A stretch of 20,000 nucleotides of DNA from Lama guanicoe (lineage: Eukaryota), in the NCBI GenBank assembly GCA_013239625.1, contig MU053520.1, positions 1,377,995-1,397,994 on the forward strand, read 5' to 3'. The translations under genes and the position numbers were made by a program. Shown one piece after another: positions 1 through 11,644 of this stretch; the stretch's first letter is position 1, and every line of letters starts with the position of its first letter. The notes under the pieces are model-generated. The model had not been told where the DNA came from. It saw only the letters and a list, made by a program, of their open reading frames with translations, and did not search any database.

Positions 1-672
1 TTTTCCAAAGAAGACATATAGATGAAAAAATGTTTAAATCATTCATCATCACAAGAAATGTAAATCAAAATCACAGTGAAACATCACCTCACACCTGTTA
101 GAATGTTTATGATCAAAAAGACAAGAAATAACAAGTGTTGGAGGGGATATGGAGAAAACTGTTGGCGGGAATGTAAATTGGTATAGCCACTATGAAAAAC
201 AGTGTGGAAACTCCTCAAATAATTAAAAATAGAACTAGCATATGATCCAACAATTTCACTTCTGGGTGTTAAAAAAAAAAACACTAATTCAAAAAGAGAT
301 ATGCACCCCCATGTTTATAACAGCATTATTTACAATAGCCAAGATATGGAAACAACCTAAGTGTCCATCAATGGACAAATGGATAGAGAAATTTATATTA
401 AATATATTAGAATATTATTTAGCCATAAAAAAGAATGAAATCGTGCCATTTGCAACAACATAGATGGACCTCAACGGTGCATTGCTAAGTGAATGAAGTC
501 AGAGACATACAAATATTGTATGACCTCTCTTATACATAGAATTAAAAAACAAAACAAAACAAACAAGCTAAAAACAAATCTATGTATAAAAAAAAGACTG
601 ATGGTTCCCTAAATGGGGGGGGGATGGGTAAAAGGGGCCAAAAAGCAAAAAAAAAGAAAAAAGCAAAGAAAA
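1..672 (+). mobile_element. LINE-1 3' fragment (ORF2 C-terminus + 3'UTR, A-rich end), runs off the window start
   Basis: ORF 242..463 gives [27 protein letters not shown], a typical L1 ORF2 C-terminal sequence. A G-rich tract at ~614-640 is followed by an A-rich tail to ~672. Stops and frameshifts are present. Confidence 0.93.
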
Positions 673-769
673 ACCTATGAATAAGGCTAATGATGGTCAC
701 TGCAAAATGATATTGAAAAGCTCACCAGGAAGATTCTATGATTTTAAGTTAAAATATAACTAGCAGTGT

Positions 770-850
770 ATCTATTTGACAGAATTGCAAGGAGAAATCG
801 ATAAATTCATATAATAGTACAAAACGTTACAACTACATTTTTTTTCTATG
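770..850 (+). mobile_element. Possible ancient L1 ORF2 endonuclease-region remnant
   Basis: ttgacagaattgcaaggagaaatcgataaattcatataatagta resembles the in-window L1 segment ttaacagacataaaaagagaaattgacagtaacacaaaaatagt (~12473-12517). The match is short and degenerate. Confidence 0.4.
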
Positions 851-1366
851 CCTCAAGAATATAGCAAAGTTTTATGGAGTAGAAAATTCTACATTTGGCT
901 TGAAGCAATATAGAAGACAATAAAAGCTGTATCCCTACCCCTGAGTACTTTCGAACAATCCACTTGACATAAATAAGTAAATTAACAAATAGTCCCAGGC
1001 ATTTACCACTATATGTTGGAGTTGGCATGCAAAATGCAAACCATGCCATCAGGATAAGGCAGTTGGTGACTGAAGGTTTTGTGGGCATGTAGGGTTATTT
1101 TGCAACCCAGCATAGACCCCAAAGCGGTGACTATCACCTAGGCTACTGTGGCCTGTTGAAGCAAGCCTTATATAAGCAAATAGACATATAAACTAATTAC
1201 AAGTGACCTTGAACAACAGGAAATTAGCAATTATTAAATGCAAACAACCATGGGGGAAGTAAGGTAAAGTTAAGAGTAAAAAGCAGTGGTGGTGGTCATG
1301 CTGTGTTTGTAAGGCAACAATGAATTATAGTGAAAAAGAAAATGAGAAAACAGCAGAGTGTGCCAA

Positions 1367-1439
1367 TGTGTATGTGTGTGTGTGTGTGTGTGTGCATATG
1401 TATATGTGTGTGTGTGTGTATATATATATGTATATATAT
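1367..1439. repeat. Compound (TG)n/(TA)n microsatellite
   Basis: Directly visible TG and TA dinucleotide runs. Confidence 0.95.
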
Positions 1440-3162
1440 TTTTTTAGGGAAAGAAGTGTGGTCAGAAATAAATATAAATTTAATGTATATTTACAAATAG
1501 AATTTTGTCTGGAGAAAAAAGTATTAACCCTGAAACTCTGCTACCCATATGTGTTTTTTATTTAAGTATTTCTAGGTTGACTTGTTGATATAATTCAAGA
1601 AATCAAAGTGTCACAAAAACATACATAGTCATAACACATGGTGACCAGATCTGACTCAGAATGCCTAGGATATATTACCACTTGATGACATAAAGAATAT
1701 GATACCTGAAATAACAAGGTGACATAAAATAAAGTTTAAAAATAAGAGTACTGATTTTTTATGATTAAAGTTAGAAGCAAAAAATATACATTGAGGAGTT
1801 ACTGGCAATTTGCTAATGACATGTCAGAGAACACATTTAAGCATTGTTGTTATGAAATTTCCTATTGAGAAAAAGATTATGTGCATCATTTTTAATAGAA
1901 AACATATTATTAGGTAAATCTTTTCAAATACAAATATTAAAATGTAAGTGTGCAAATTTGTTGCCCCAGAGAATATGTGTGAAAGTCAGAACTTACTTTT
2001 AAGTACCAAGTATATGGCTGGCACTGAGGAGGGATTTTCAGGTATAAAACCTGAAACACTTCTATGTAATTTGAGTTTCTTCATTACCAATCATGCATTC
2101 AAGATGTATTTAAATTTAAAATAGAGCAAAATAAAACATATATGCAAAATATAAGTGTGTTTTGGCATGATTAAAGCTAGATTAATGGTGGAACTAGATG
2201 GATATTACTGATAAAACATAGATTTTGAAAGAGGGAAAAACATGCTGCTATTTAGGTCTTGTGAAAGATAGGCTTACATCTTGTATGGCTTAACTATCCC
2301 ACAGAAAAATCTACGTGTGCGTATAAGTGCTTTTGTATGGGTACACATCAAAATTTCTCAAAAATCAAGTTGAGTAAGCTACATCCAGGACCCAAGAAAC
2401 ATAACATGAATAATTTGAAAACTTTCTATTAGGTACAAAAAGTTTAAGTTGACCAATTTAGTGTTGGTCAAGTATTAATCAGCAAGACTTCAAATTTCAA
2501 CTTAGTAATACCTTAATCAAGAATGACTAGGCAATGTAATTGGCTTGGTTTTTTCCGTCTTTTTATGGGCACTTACTGAAAATCAGCAGTACCAAGCACT
2601 GTGTTACTGTTGAGATACAGAGAAGCCAATCTTTTATACCAGGTTTCCCAGTTCTGCTTTGGAACTCCTTGTGCTTTGAATGAATTATCAGTGTCCTGAC
2701 TTCCCTACCCAGTGGCAGCCTCCTGACTGCTGTTTAACTTTTCATAGACAACAGCAGTTGCTCCACATTCAATTCTTTCTGCCACAGATATGCAGCACTA
2801 TTTAACTACCTGTGATATTTCTTATAGGTATTTCTTTCTTCTGGTACTATAGTAATTACTGTTCCTGTTTTCTATCCCACAGAAGTTCTATATAGCAACT
2901 TTATGACAATTTCAAATCTATCCAGAATGCTTTGTGGGGGCCTTATGCCTATCCGTTTAAGTTATACAATTCCTGGAAGAATTTTCCAATTTACTCAAAT
3001 CCCTTTACAGTTGCATTGCATCTTTAGACTTGACCAAGTTCAGTTTATATTGGCTCTGTTTTTTTTAATGGAAAGTACTATTGAGCCTTTAGCAAATGTT
3101 TGGCAGTCTATACTCATATCTCACATACTCCTTCCAATTCTGTGAGACATATAGGGAAAGGT

Positions 3163-3375
3163 ATGTAACATAGTGAACTCAAGGCAGAGGCAGATGATCT
3201 GGGTTAGAAAAATTTCTATGTCACTTATTAGCTGTGTAATTGTAGACACTCTCTAGGAGATTCAGATAATAAAAGCAACCATGTGACAGAGTTTTGTGAG
3301 TAGCAAATGAGTTAATATATGTAAAATTCTTAAAACAGTCGCTGTATACAATCAGAACTGTATAAATATCAACTG
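3163..3375 (+). mobile_element. MIR SINE remnant
   Basis: ctgggtt...cacttattagctgtgt and aaatgagttaatatatgtaaaattcttaaaacagt resemble the recalled MIR consensus. Confidence 0.7.
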
Positions 3376-3379
3376 CAAG

Positions 3380-3440
3380 TGTTTTACTCATTTCACAGAT
3401 AGAAGAGAGGCTCAGATGGATTTAAGTCACTCAAGCTCAA
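3380..3440 (-). mobile_element. MIR core fragment, opposite orientation
   Basis: catttcacagatagaagagaggctcagatggatttaagtcact resembles the reverse-complement MIR core (cattttacagatgaggaaactgaggcacagagaggttaagtaact). Confidence 0.55.
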
Positions 3441-3480
3441 ATAGCTCAAATAGCTATATCATCAAGACAATTAATAGCTA

Positions 3481-4374
3481 AGGCACATGAAAAAATGCTC
3501 ACTATCACTAATTATCAGAGAAATGCAAATCAAAACTACAATGAGGTATCACCTCACACCAGTCAGAATGGCCATCATTCAAAAGTCCACAAATGACAAA
3601 TGCTGGAGAGGCTGTGGAGAAAAGGGAACCCTCCTACGCTGCTGGTGGGAATGCAGTTTGGTGCAGCCACTGTGGAAAACAGTATGGAGATTCCTCAAAA
3701 GACTAAGAACAGACTTACCATATGACCCAGGAATCCTGCTCCTGGGCATATATCCAGAAGGAATCTTACTTCAAAAAGACACCTGCACCCCAATATTCAT
3801 AGAAGCATTATTTACAATAGCCAAGACATGGAGACAGCCTAAAAGTCCATCAACAGATGACTGGATAAAGAAGAAGTGTTATATTTATACAATGGAATAC
3901 TATTCAGCCATAAAAATGACACCATAATGCCATTTGCAGCAACATGGATGTTCTTGGAGAATATCATTCTAAGTTAAGTAAGCCAGAAAGAAAAAGAAAA
4001 ATACCATACGAAGTCACTCATACATGGAATCTAAAAAAAAAGAAATGAATATAAATATAAAACAGAAACAGACTCATAGACATAGAATACAAACTTCTTC
4101 TTGCTAAGGTAGCAGGGGATGGGAAGGGACAGACTAGGATTTCAAAATTTGTAGATACTGGCAGGCATATGCAGAATAGAGAAACAAGATTATACTGTAT
4201 AGTACAGGGAAATATATACAAGATCTTGTGGTAACTCACAGTGGAAAAAAAATGTGACAATGAATATATGTATGTTCATGTATAACTGAAAAATTGTGCT
4301 CTACACTGGAATTTGACACAACATTGTAAAATGACTATAACTCAATAAAAAATGTTTAAAAAAAGTAAGAAAAA
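3481..4374 (+). mobile_element. 5'-truncated LINE-1 (ORF2 C-terminal CCHC region + 3'UTR + poly-A) with perfect 17-bp TSD
   Basis: ORF 3487..3927 contains [18 protein letters not shown], the L1 ORF2 zinc knuckle. AATAAA at ~4344 precedes an A tail. The TSD AAGACAATTAATAGCTA lies at 3464-3480 and 4375-4391. Confidence 0.96.
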
Positions 4375-4430
4375 AAGACAATTAATAGCTATATTGTTAT
4401 CTAAATGGTTGTTTATTTTTGGATGGTTTA

Positions 4431-5008
4431 TAATTTAAAATTGACAAAAATTAAACAAAAGGAGAAAATATTAAAAGCAACAAGGTAAAAGCAATAAATA
4501 ACATACAAGGGACCTCATATAAGGTTATCAGCTGATTTATCAGCACAAACTGCAGACCAGTATAGAGTGGCACAATATATTTAAAGTGATGAAAGGGAAA
4601 AACTTACAACCAAGAATGCTCTACCCAGCAAGGCTCTTCTTCAGACTTGGTGAAGAAATCAAAAGCTTTACAGACAAGAAAAAGTTAAAAAGTATTCAGC
4701 AACACTCAAACACCTTCACAACAAATGTTAAAGGGACTTCTCTAGGTGGAAAAGAAAAGACCAAAACAGAAACAAGAAAATTACACAATGGAAAACCTCA
4801 CCAGTAAAGGCAAACATACAGTAAAGGTAGGAAATCATCCACACACACAAACTAGTAGGAAGGTTAAAAGACAAAAGTGTTAAAAATCATCTGTATCCAC
4901 AATAGCAGTTAAGGAATGTCCAAAACAATTAAATGTAAAGTATAATATCAAAAACAGTAATCATGAGAGGAGGAGAGTACAAATGCAGGATAATTAAAAT
5001 GCATTTGA
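4431..5008 (+). mobile_element. Older host LINE-1, left part (ORF1 C-terminus + start of inter-ORF spacer), 5'-truncated
   Basis: ORF 4586.. MKGKNLQPRMLYPARL matches the L1 ORF1 C-terminal domain, with the ORF1 stop at about 4743-4745. The spacer is cut at ~5008 by a nested L1. Confidence 0.88.
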
Positions 5009-6611
5009 GAGGAGGAGATGCCAAGATGGTGGGAGACTCACAGCTCACCCTCTCCCACAAATACCCCAAGAATTATATCTACAAACCCACTGGATTGCAC
5101 AGAACACCTACTGAATTCTGGCAATGTCTCTCACTTTGAAATGTAGAAGGATTCTCACAAAATCTGGTAAGAGAGAAAAAGAAAAAGAAAATCAGCATGG
5201 GACTCATCCTGCAGGGAGGGAGTGGCAAAGGAGGAAAGGCACACTCATGCTGGGATGGCCCCTCTCCAACTGTGAGGTCAGCAGTGACAGAAGCAGAGCT
5301 TCTGAGGCTCAGAGGAGAAAGTAGCAGTCACTTGGCAGACAGAACTAAGAGAAATTGGCACAGAAGTTTGCTGTGACCCACAACCATAGACACGAGCCTG
5401 CAAGGACAAGCTGAGACTGGCTGTTGTAGATCACTGACAAGCCCAGGCAGAGAACTGGGGCTGACTGCACAGAGGCAGCCCCAGGGGACCTGAGGGAGGT
5501 GTGAGCTCTGGCTGGGGGTGTGTGCAGAACAAAACAGAATGGGACCCTCAAAAAAAGCATCACTGCTGGTGTACATGGAAGTGGAGGGCACATGTGCAAT
5601 GTAGGCACTCCATAGATGCTGTGTCTGCTTAGATCCATTGTTGGTGTGTTCTCATGAGAAGAGAGATGGGGCCTGGTCATAGCTGTCACTGTTGCATGGA
5701 GATGGGGCTGAAAGCTGAATCCATACCCAAGGGCCCTGAAACTTCACAGGTGTGACTAAGATTTGTTTACAGACCCAGGCAGAGAGAGTTGATTTACTCC
5801 ACTAATGCCTTTGTGAAACCCCGCCTCTGGGATGAACAGTCAGTGAGCAGAGCTCTGACACACAGTGGGGGAGAGTTTAGGTATTTAAAATAAGCCATCA
5901 TGCTATAAACAGAGAGGGGGCTGGGGTATGCACTGACCCTGTAGAGCACCATGGATTCAGGTGTGTGACTGTATGCTCACTATGGCAGGTCCTAGCACCT
6001 GACATTAATGGGTCTGATCTGGTAGTTCCAGGGCCTAGAATCTGGGGGACACCAGAAAAGGTTGCTGACCTTCTTGCAGCTAAAATGAAGAAAAAGGCAG
6101 TGTCAACAAAGAGTTGTAAGCCTGCATAATAAGTGACACACAAAACTACAGAGAGCACTTCCCAGTATATCCTGCAGAGATATACTCAGTGACTCTTCTT
6201 CTCAGCTGCAGCCCTCCAACCCTGCCTACCACACACTGAAGCTCATAAATGGGTCTAGAAGCCTCTATTCCAGGAACAGAGGAGCAAACCCAGCCCCTGT
6301 CAAGGCTGTGACAACTACAGCACAAAATAGGAGGCCTGGCTCAACAACAAAAATCAGGGCAAGCTCTGAACATCATAACACCAAGCACACCCCCAATCAA
6401 AGGGATAACAGCCAACATTCACAGAAGTAACGCATGGCAAATATCCATACTAAGAACAGCCATCATAACAAAATTATTAGATGCACACAGTCAAAACAGG
6501 AATGCTCCCACTTTAAATAAGAAGAAACAAACAAAAAATAAAACAGCCCTTCAAGATCACAGTAGATAACTGATACACCTAAATCCATAAAGTCAGAGAA
6601 ATATAAGTAAA
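5009..6611 (+). promoter_or_regulatory. L1 5'UTR internal Pol II promoter region with YY1-like site (CCAAGATGGT, 5021-5030); CpG-decayed
   Basis: It lies upstream of the ORF1 ATG. CAAGATGG near the 5' end is the known L1 YY1 core. A homologous copy exists at 18274-19840 on the minus strand. Confidence 0.75.
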
Positions 6612-7516
6612 ATGAAGAAGCAGAAGAACTACTCCCAATTAAAAGAATAAGAGAAATGCCCTGAAAGAATAATCACTGAAATAGACCTTCATAGTCCATT
6701 AGATCATGATTTTAAAAAGGGAATGATCAGTGTGATCAGTGCAATAAAGGAACTAAAAGAGACTATCAACAGAAACAGAGAATACTTTACAAAAGGAAAT
6801 TGAAACTATAAAGAAGGACCAACTAAAAACAGAAAACTCAGTTTGCTGAGAAAAGAGCCAAGCTAAAGGCAGTCAAAAGCAGAACAGATAATGCAGAGGA
6901 ATGAATAAGTGACTTAGAAGACAGGATAACAGAAGTCACCCAATCAGAACAGCAGACAGAGGAGCAAGTAAAACCAAATGAAAGCAATATAAGGGACCTA
7001 TGGGATAATATAAAGTGTGCCAATCTATATATAATAGAGGTGCCAGAAGGAGAAGAAAAAGAAAAGGGAATTGAAAAGATATTTGAAGAAATCATGACTG
7101 AAAACTTTCCCAACCTAAAGAAGGAAACAGATATCCAAGTACAGGAGGCACAGAGGGTCCCAAAGAAGAAGAACTCAAACAGACCTACACCAAGACATAT
7201 TATAATTAAGATGGCCAATGTTAAATATAAAGAAAGGATTCTAAAGGTAGTAAAAGGAAAACAAAGAATTAGTTACAAGGGAAACCACATAAAGCTTTCA
7301 GCTGATTTCTCTACTCAAACACTGTTGTCCAGAAGGGAATGGTAAGATATATTCAAAGTCTTGAATGAGAAAAAGCTGCAACTGAGGATACTCTATCCAG
7401 CAAGACTATCATTTAGAGTATAAGGAGAGATAAAGAATTCCACAGACAAGCAAAAACTAAAAGAATTTAGCCGTACTAAACCTATGCTAAAACAAATATT
7501 GAAAGGTCTACTCTAA
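6612..7516 (+). pseudogene. L1 ORF1p (RNA-binding chaperone), disabled
   Basis: ATG at 6612 (MKKQKNYSQLKE*) has an in-frame TAA at 6648-6650. Fragment 7040..7345 reads PEGEEKEKGIEKIFEEIMTENFPNL...RPTPRHIIIK, and the terminal TAA is at 7514-7516. Confidence 0.92.
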
Positions 7517-7949
7517 ATAGAAAAGAAACAGGAAGCTATAGAAATGGGAAAACCATAACTGAAAATGTGGTAACTATAGTGAATTGCAAGAGAAGAAACA
7601 TGAAGATGTAAAAAAATACAATAAATAAAAATAAAGAACATCAAAATCATAAAAGGTGGGAGAGGGAAGCAAGAAAATATAGATATTTTTCTCTTTTTTC
7701 TTTTCTTCATTCTTTTCAGGATGTGTTTGAGCCTACATGACTATCAGACTAAAGCACCAGATGTAGAAAGGGGTTAGCATACTTAAAAAACAGGGTTACT
7801 ATGAATAAAAAGCATACAATAGAGCGACAAAACCCAAACAGAAATCAAGCTAATACAAAAGTAAATTATCAAACCACAAAAAGAAAAATAAAAAGGGAAA
7901 GAAAGAAACAAAGAAGGTGTACCAAGTCAACTGGAAAACAAAGTTCAAA

Positions 7950-10900
7950 ATGTCTATAAACACACATCTATCAATAATTACTATAAATATCAATGTACTA
8001 AATGTTCCAATCAAAAGACATAGAGTGGCCAATTGGATAATAAAGCAAAAGCAGACCATATGCTGCTTACAAGAGACACATTTTAGAATGATGGGCCACA
8101 CATAGTTTGAAAATGAGAGGATGGAAACATATTTCATGCAAATGTAAGTGACAAGAAAGCTGGAATATCAATACACATATCATAAAAAAATAGGTTTTAA
8201 AACAAAGGCCATAAAGAGAAATAAAAAAGGACACTATATAAAGATCAAAGGAGCAATACAGGATGAAGATATTACACTTGTTAACATATCTGTACCAAAT
8301 ATAGGAGCACCTAAATATAAAAAAATAAATAAAAACAGACATAAAGGGAGAAATTGGTGAGAATACAATAGTAGTAGGAGACATGAACACCCCACTAACA
8401 TCATTCAACAGGTTTTCCAGATAGAAGATTAATAAGGCAGTGGAGATACTAAATGACACAACAGAACAATTTGACTTGGTTGATATTTTTAGAACATTAC
8501 ATCCCTCCAAAACAGAATATACATTCTTTGCAAGTGCTCATGGAACATTCTCTAGTATAGACCACATATTCGAAACTAGAAATCAACCACGGAAAAACAA
8601 AAGAGAAAAAAATGACAGCATGGAGACTAAACACCATGCTACTAAAAAAACAATGTATCGATGATGAATTCAAAAAAGAAATTAAACAACACTGAGACAA
8701 ATGACAATGAAAACACAATCACACAAAATCTGTGGGATGCAGCAAAAGCAGTCCCGAGAGAGGTTTATAGCAATATAGGCCTTCCTCAAAAAAAAGAAGA
8801 AGAAGAATCTTCAATAAACAACCAAACTTACCACCTAAAAGGATTAAAAAAAGAAGAACAAACAAAACCCAAAGTCAGCAGGAGGAAAGAAATAATAAAG
8901 ATTGGGGAGGAAATAAATAAAATAGAGATTTTTGAAAAATAGAAAAAAAATCAAATCAAGAGATGGTTTTTTTTGAAAGAGTAAACAAAATTGACAAATC
9001 TCTGGCTAGGCACACCAAGAAGAAAAGAGAGAGCACACAAATAAACAAAATAAGAAATGAAAATGGAGAGATGACAGCCAACACCACAGGAATACAAAGA
9101 AAAAAAATCATAAGAGAATACTATGAAAAACTACATGGCAATAAATTGGACTACTTAGAAGAAATGAACAAGTTTCTAGACACATGGAGTCCACCAAAAC
9201 TGAATCAAGAAGGAATAGATCAGTTAAGCAGACCAATCACTAGAAGTGAAATAGACTCAGCAATAAAAAACCTCCCTGCAAACAAAAGTCCAGGACCAGA
9301 TAGCTCCACCAGGGAATTCTGTCAAACATACAAAGAACTCATACCAATCTTTCTTAAACTGTTCTAAAAGACTGAAGAGGAAGGACTACTACCAAACTCA
9401 TTTTATGAAGCCACCATCACCCTGATGCCAAAGCCAGACAAAGACACTACCAAAAAAGAAAGCTATAGGCCAATATCATTGATGAACATAGATGCAAAAA
9501 TCCTCAACAAAATATGAGCAAACAAAATCCAACAACACATAAAAAAGATCACACACCATGATCAAGTTGGATTCATCCCAGGGACATAAGGATGGTTCAA
9601 CATACACAAATCAATCACCATGATACACCACTTCAACAAGCGAAAGGACAAAAGTCACATGGTCATCTCAGTAGATGCAGAAAAAACATTTTATAAAATT
9701 CAACACCTATTTATGATAAAAACTCTTACCAAAGTGTGTGTAGAGGGAACATATCTCAACATAATAAAAGCTATTTATGACAAATCTACAGCCAGCATAA
9801 TACTCAATGGTGAAAATCTGAAAATTTTCCATAACCACTTCTATTCAATATAGTCTTGGAAATCCTAGCCATAGCAATTAGACAAGAAAAAGAAACAAAA
9901 GGGATCCAAATTGGAAGAGAAGAGGTAAAATTGTCATTATATTCAGATGACATGATACTATATATAGAAAACCCTAAAGGCTCTACACAAAAACTACTAA
10001 AGCTAATAAGAGAATTTGGCAATGTAGCAAGATACAAGATTAACATACAGAAATCAGTGACATTTATTTACACTAACAACACAATATCAGAAAACGAAAG
10101 TAAAGAATCAATCCCTTTTAAAATTGCATCAAAAAAATAAAATAAAATACTTAGGAATAAATCGGACCATGGAAGTGAAAGATTTATATGCAGAGAACTA
10201 CAAAAACATTGAGCAAAGAAATTAGAGATGACTTATAGAAATAGAAAGATACCCCATGTTCTTAGATTGGAAGAATTAATATTGTTAAAATGGCCATACT
10301 ATCCAAAGTAATCTACAGATTTAATGTGATTCCTATAAAATTACCCAGGACATTTTCCACAGAACTAGAACAAATAATCCTTAAATTTATATGGAATCAT
10401 AAAAGACCCAGAATTGCCAAAGCAATACTGAAGAAAAAGAATAAAGCTGGGGGAATAACCCTTCCAGAGTTCAGAAAATACTACAGAGATACAATAATCA
10501 AAACAGCATGGCAGTGCTACAAAAATAGACATATGAATCAATGGAATAGAATAGAGAGCACAGAAATAAACCCACAAACTTTTGGTCAATTAATCTTTGA
10601 CAAAGGAGGCAAGACCACACAGTGGAATAAATACAGTCTCTTCAGCAAATGCTGTTGGGAGAACTGGACAGCTGCATGTAAATCAGTGAAGTTGGAATAC
10701 TCCCTCACACCATACACAAACATAACCAACACAAATCTCAGCAAAATTCTCCTACAGAGGTTAACAGAATGTAGAAATAAAAGAATAGAAATACAATAAA
10801 AAATAAAATAAAACAAACAAAATAAAAATAAAACAATAGAAATAAAAGCAAAAATAAACAAATGGGACCTAATTAAATCTATAAGCTTTTGCAAAAGAAA

Positions 10901-11644
10901 CCATAAGCAAAACAAAAAGACAACATACAGAATGGGAAAAAAATATTTACAAAACATGAGACTGACAAGGGCTTAATCTCCAGAATATATAAACAGCTCA
11001 TACAACTTAATGAGAAAAAAAAATACAACCCAGTCCAAAAATGTGCAGAACACCTAAACAAGAAATTCTCCAATGAAGACATACAAATGACCAGTAGACA
11101 CATGAAAAAATGCTCAAAATCACTATCAGAGAAATGCAAATCAAAACCACAAAGAGGTATCACTTCACACCAGTCAAAATGGCCATTATTCAAAAGTTCA
11201 CAGACAATAAATGCTGGAGAGGAAGTGGAGAAAGGGGAACCCTCCTACACTGCTGGTGGGAATATAGTTTGGTGCAGCCATTATGGAAAACAATATAGAG
11301 ATGCCTTAAAAACCTACAAATAGATTTACCATATGATCCAGCAATCCCACTACTGGGCATATATTCAGAGGGAAACTTAATTCAAAAAGACACATGCACC
11401 CTATTTTCATAGCAACACTATATAGAAGAGCCAAGACATGGAAACAACCTAAATGTCCATTGACAGATGACTGGATAAAGAAGCTGTGGTATATTTATAC
11501 AATGGAATACTACTCAACCATAAAAATAATAAAATAATGCCATTTGCAGCAATATGGAAGGACCTGGAGAATGTCATTTTAATTGAAGCAAGCCAGAAAA
11601 AGAAAGAAAAATACCATATGATATCACTTATATGTGGAATCTAG
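7950..11644 (+). pseudogene. L1 ORF2p (APE endonuclease, reverse transcriptase, CCHC), disabled by stops, frameshifts and deletions
   Basis: The endonuclease N-terminus reads MSINTHLSIITININVLNVPIKRHR...ICCLQETH. Also present are KSPGPDS (~9290), the RT active-site position LYSDDMILY (YSDD 9940-9951) and [18 protein letters not shown]. Confidence 0.94.

Noticed and set aside
1320..1565. 81-aa ORF with VCVCVC/YIYI
   Set aside because: Translation of a microsatellite.
2449..2471. 8-bp inverted repeat TTGACCAA..TTGGTCAA (also TGGCATG..CATGCCA near 1023-1048)
   Set aside because: Short stems like these are expected by chance in 20 kb and have no supporting context.
2903..3145. 80-aa ORF in unique DNA (also 846..1088)
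   Set aside because: No recognisable domain or splice context, and the length is within chance expectation.
5124..5324. 5'UTR ORF sharing KGTLMLG with ORF 19505..19900 (-), a possible conserved uORF
   Set aside because: The shared peptide follows from DNA homology of the two 5'UTRs. Starts and stops differ and the frames diverge right after the motif.
5328..6158. Antisense ORFs in the L1 5'UTR (ORF0-like?)
   Set aside because: ORF0 is described from primate L1. These ORFs are not preserved as one frame in the second 5'UTR copy and are expected by chance in GC-richer DNA.
6724..6741. 9-bp tandem duplication TGATCAGTG in ORF1 (also gctcaaata x2 near 3436-3453)
   Set aside because: Ordinary slippage duplications in dead sequence.
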